A DNA stretch of 29,923 bases from the NCBI GenBank assembly GCA_035285545.1, contig JAYKGY010000030.1, forward strand, positions 1 to 29,923, in the 5' to 3' direction. Source of the DNA: Snowella sp. (lineage in GTDB: Bacteria; Cyanobacteriota; Cyanobacteriia; Cyanobacteriales; Microcystaceae). Under the pieces are notes generated by a model that saw only the letters and a list, made by a program, of their open reading frames with translations, was not told where the DNA came from and made no database searches. Shown here piece after piece: positions 29,804 to 29,923 of the stretch; positions within the stretch are counted from its first letter, which is position 1; each line of letters opens with the position of its first letter. A program made the position numbers and the translations under genes.

Positions 29804-29923
29804 GAACCTATCCGAAAAATGTGAGAAGTTTGCGGCCGATGATCAAACAAGCAGCAATCTGAATAAAGCCCAAGTAGGATTGAGAAGATTTGGCCCATCG
29901 AATAAGGATGCCTCGGAAACGAT
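29804..29923 (-). mobile_element. Right end of an IS5-family insertion sequence with the 3' end of its transposase (runs off the window)
   Basis: Minus frame 29921-29808 reads RFRGILIRWAKSSQSYLGFIQIAACLIIGRKLLTFFG*, the typical IS5 (IS427/IS1031-group) C-terminus. The stop lies within the putative terminal IR GAACCTATCCGAAAA, next to TAA (29801-29803). Confidence 0.85.

Overview
Chromosomal window from a cyanobacterium, probably a unicellular Chroococcales type. Support: roughly 35-40 HIP1 octamers (GCGATCGC) counted by eye, psbI, and cyanobacterial DUF genes. From about 2.6 kb onward it is mostly housekeeping DNA: DUF721/DciA-like, psbI, LptD-like DUF3769, hisD homolog, queD, GT-C membrane protein, tilS, DUF1269, ampG, GT39, clcA, fabG, DUF2243, P-type ATPase, RNase H-like protein, methyltransferase, sds, ParA, DUF3288, gdhA and pnp. 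The window ends in the right end of an IS5-family element. The first ~2.6 kb is an AT-rich accessory patch. It holds an orphan 343-aa protein with all cholera/pertussis-toxin-type ADP-ribosyltransferase motifs in order (YRG, LxxHxxG, VSTS, FxxQxE-VSxxG), a 169-bp MITE with an 8-bp target duplication right after that gene's stop codon, an intact toxin-first RelE/HigBA-type TA pair with its operator, and a truncated mazEF-like remnant. This ART-like gene is the best candidate for an undescribed system. Other notable items: two intact but apparently catalytically dead enzymes (HisD-like and RNase H-like), a CLC transporter with an altered selectivity filter (GGGIP), a candidate 35-aa membrane microprotein, and candidate NtcA and RpaB/HLR1 sites. 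All assignments come from reading motifs by eye; no database search was run.
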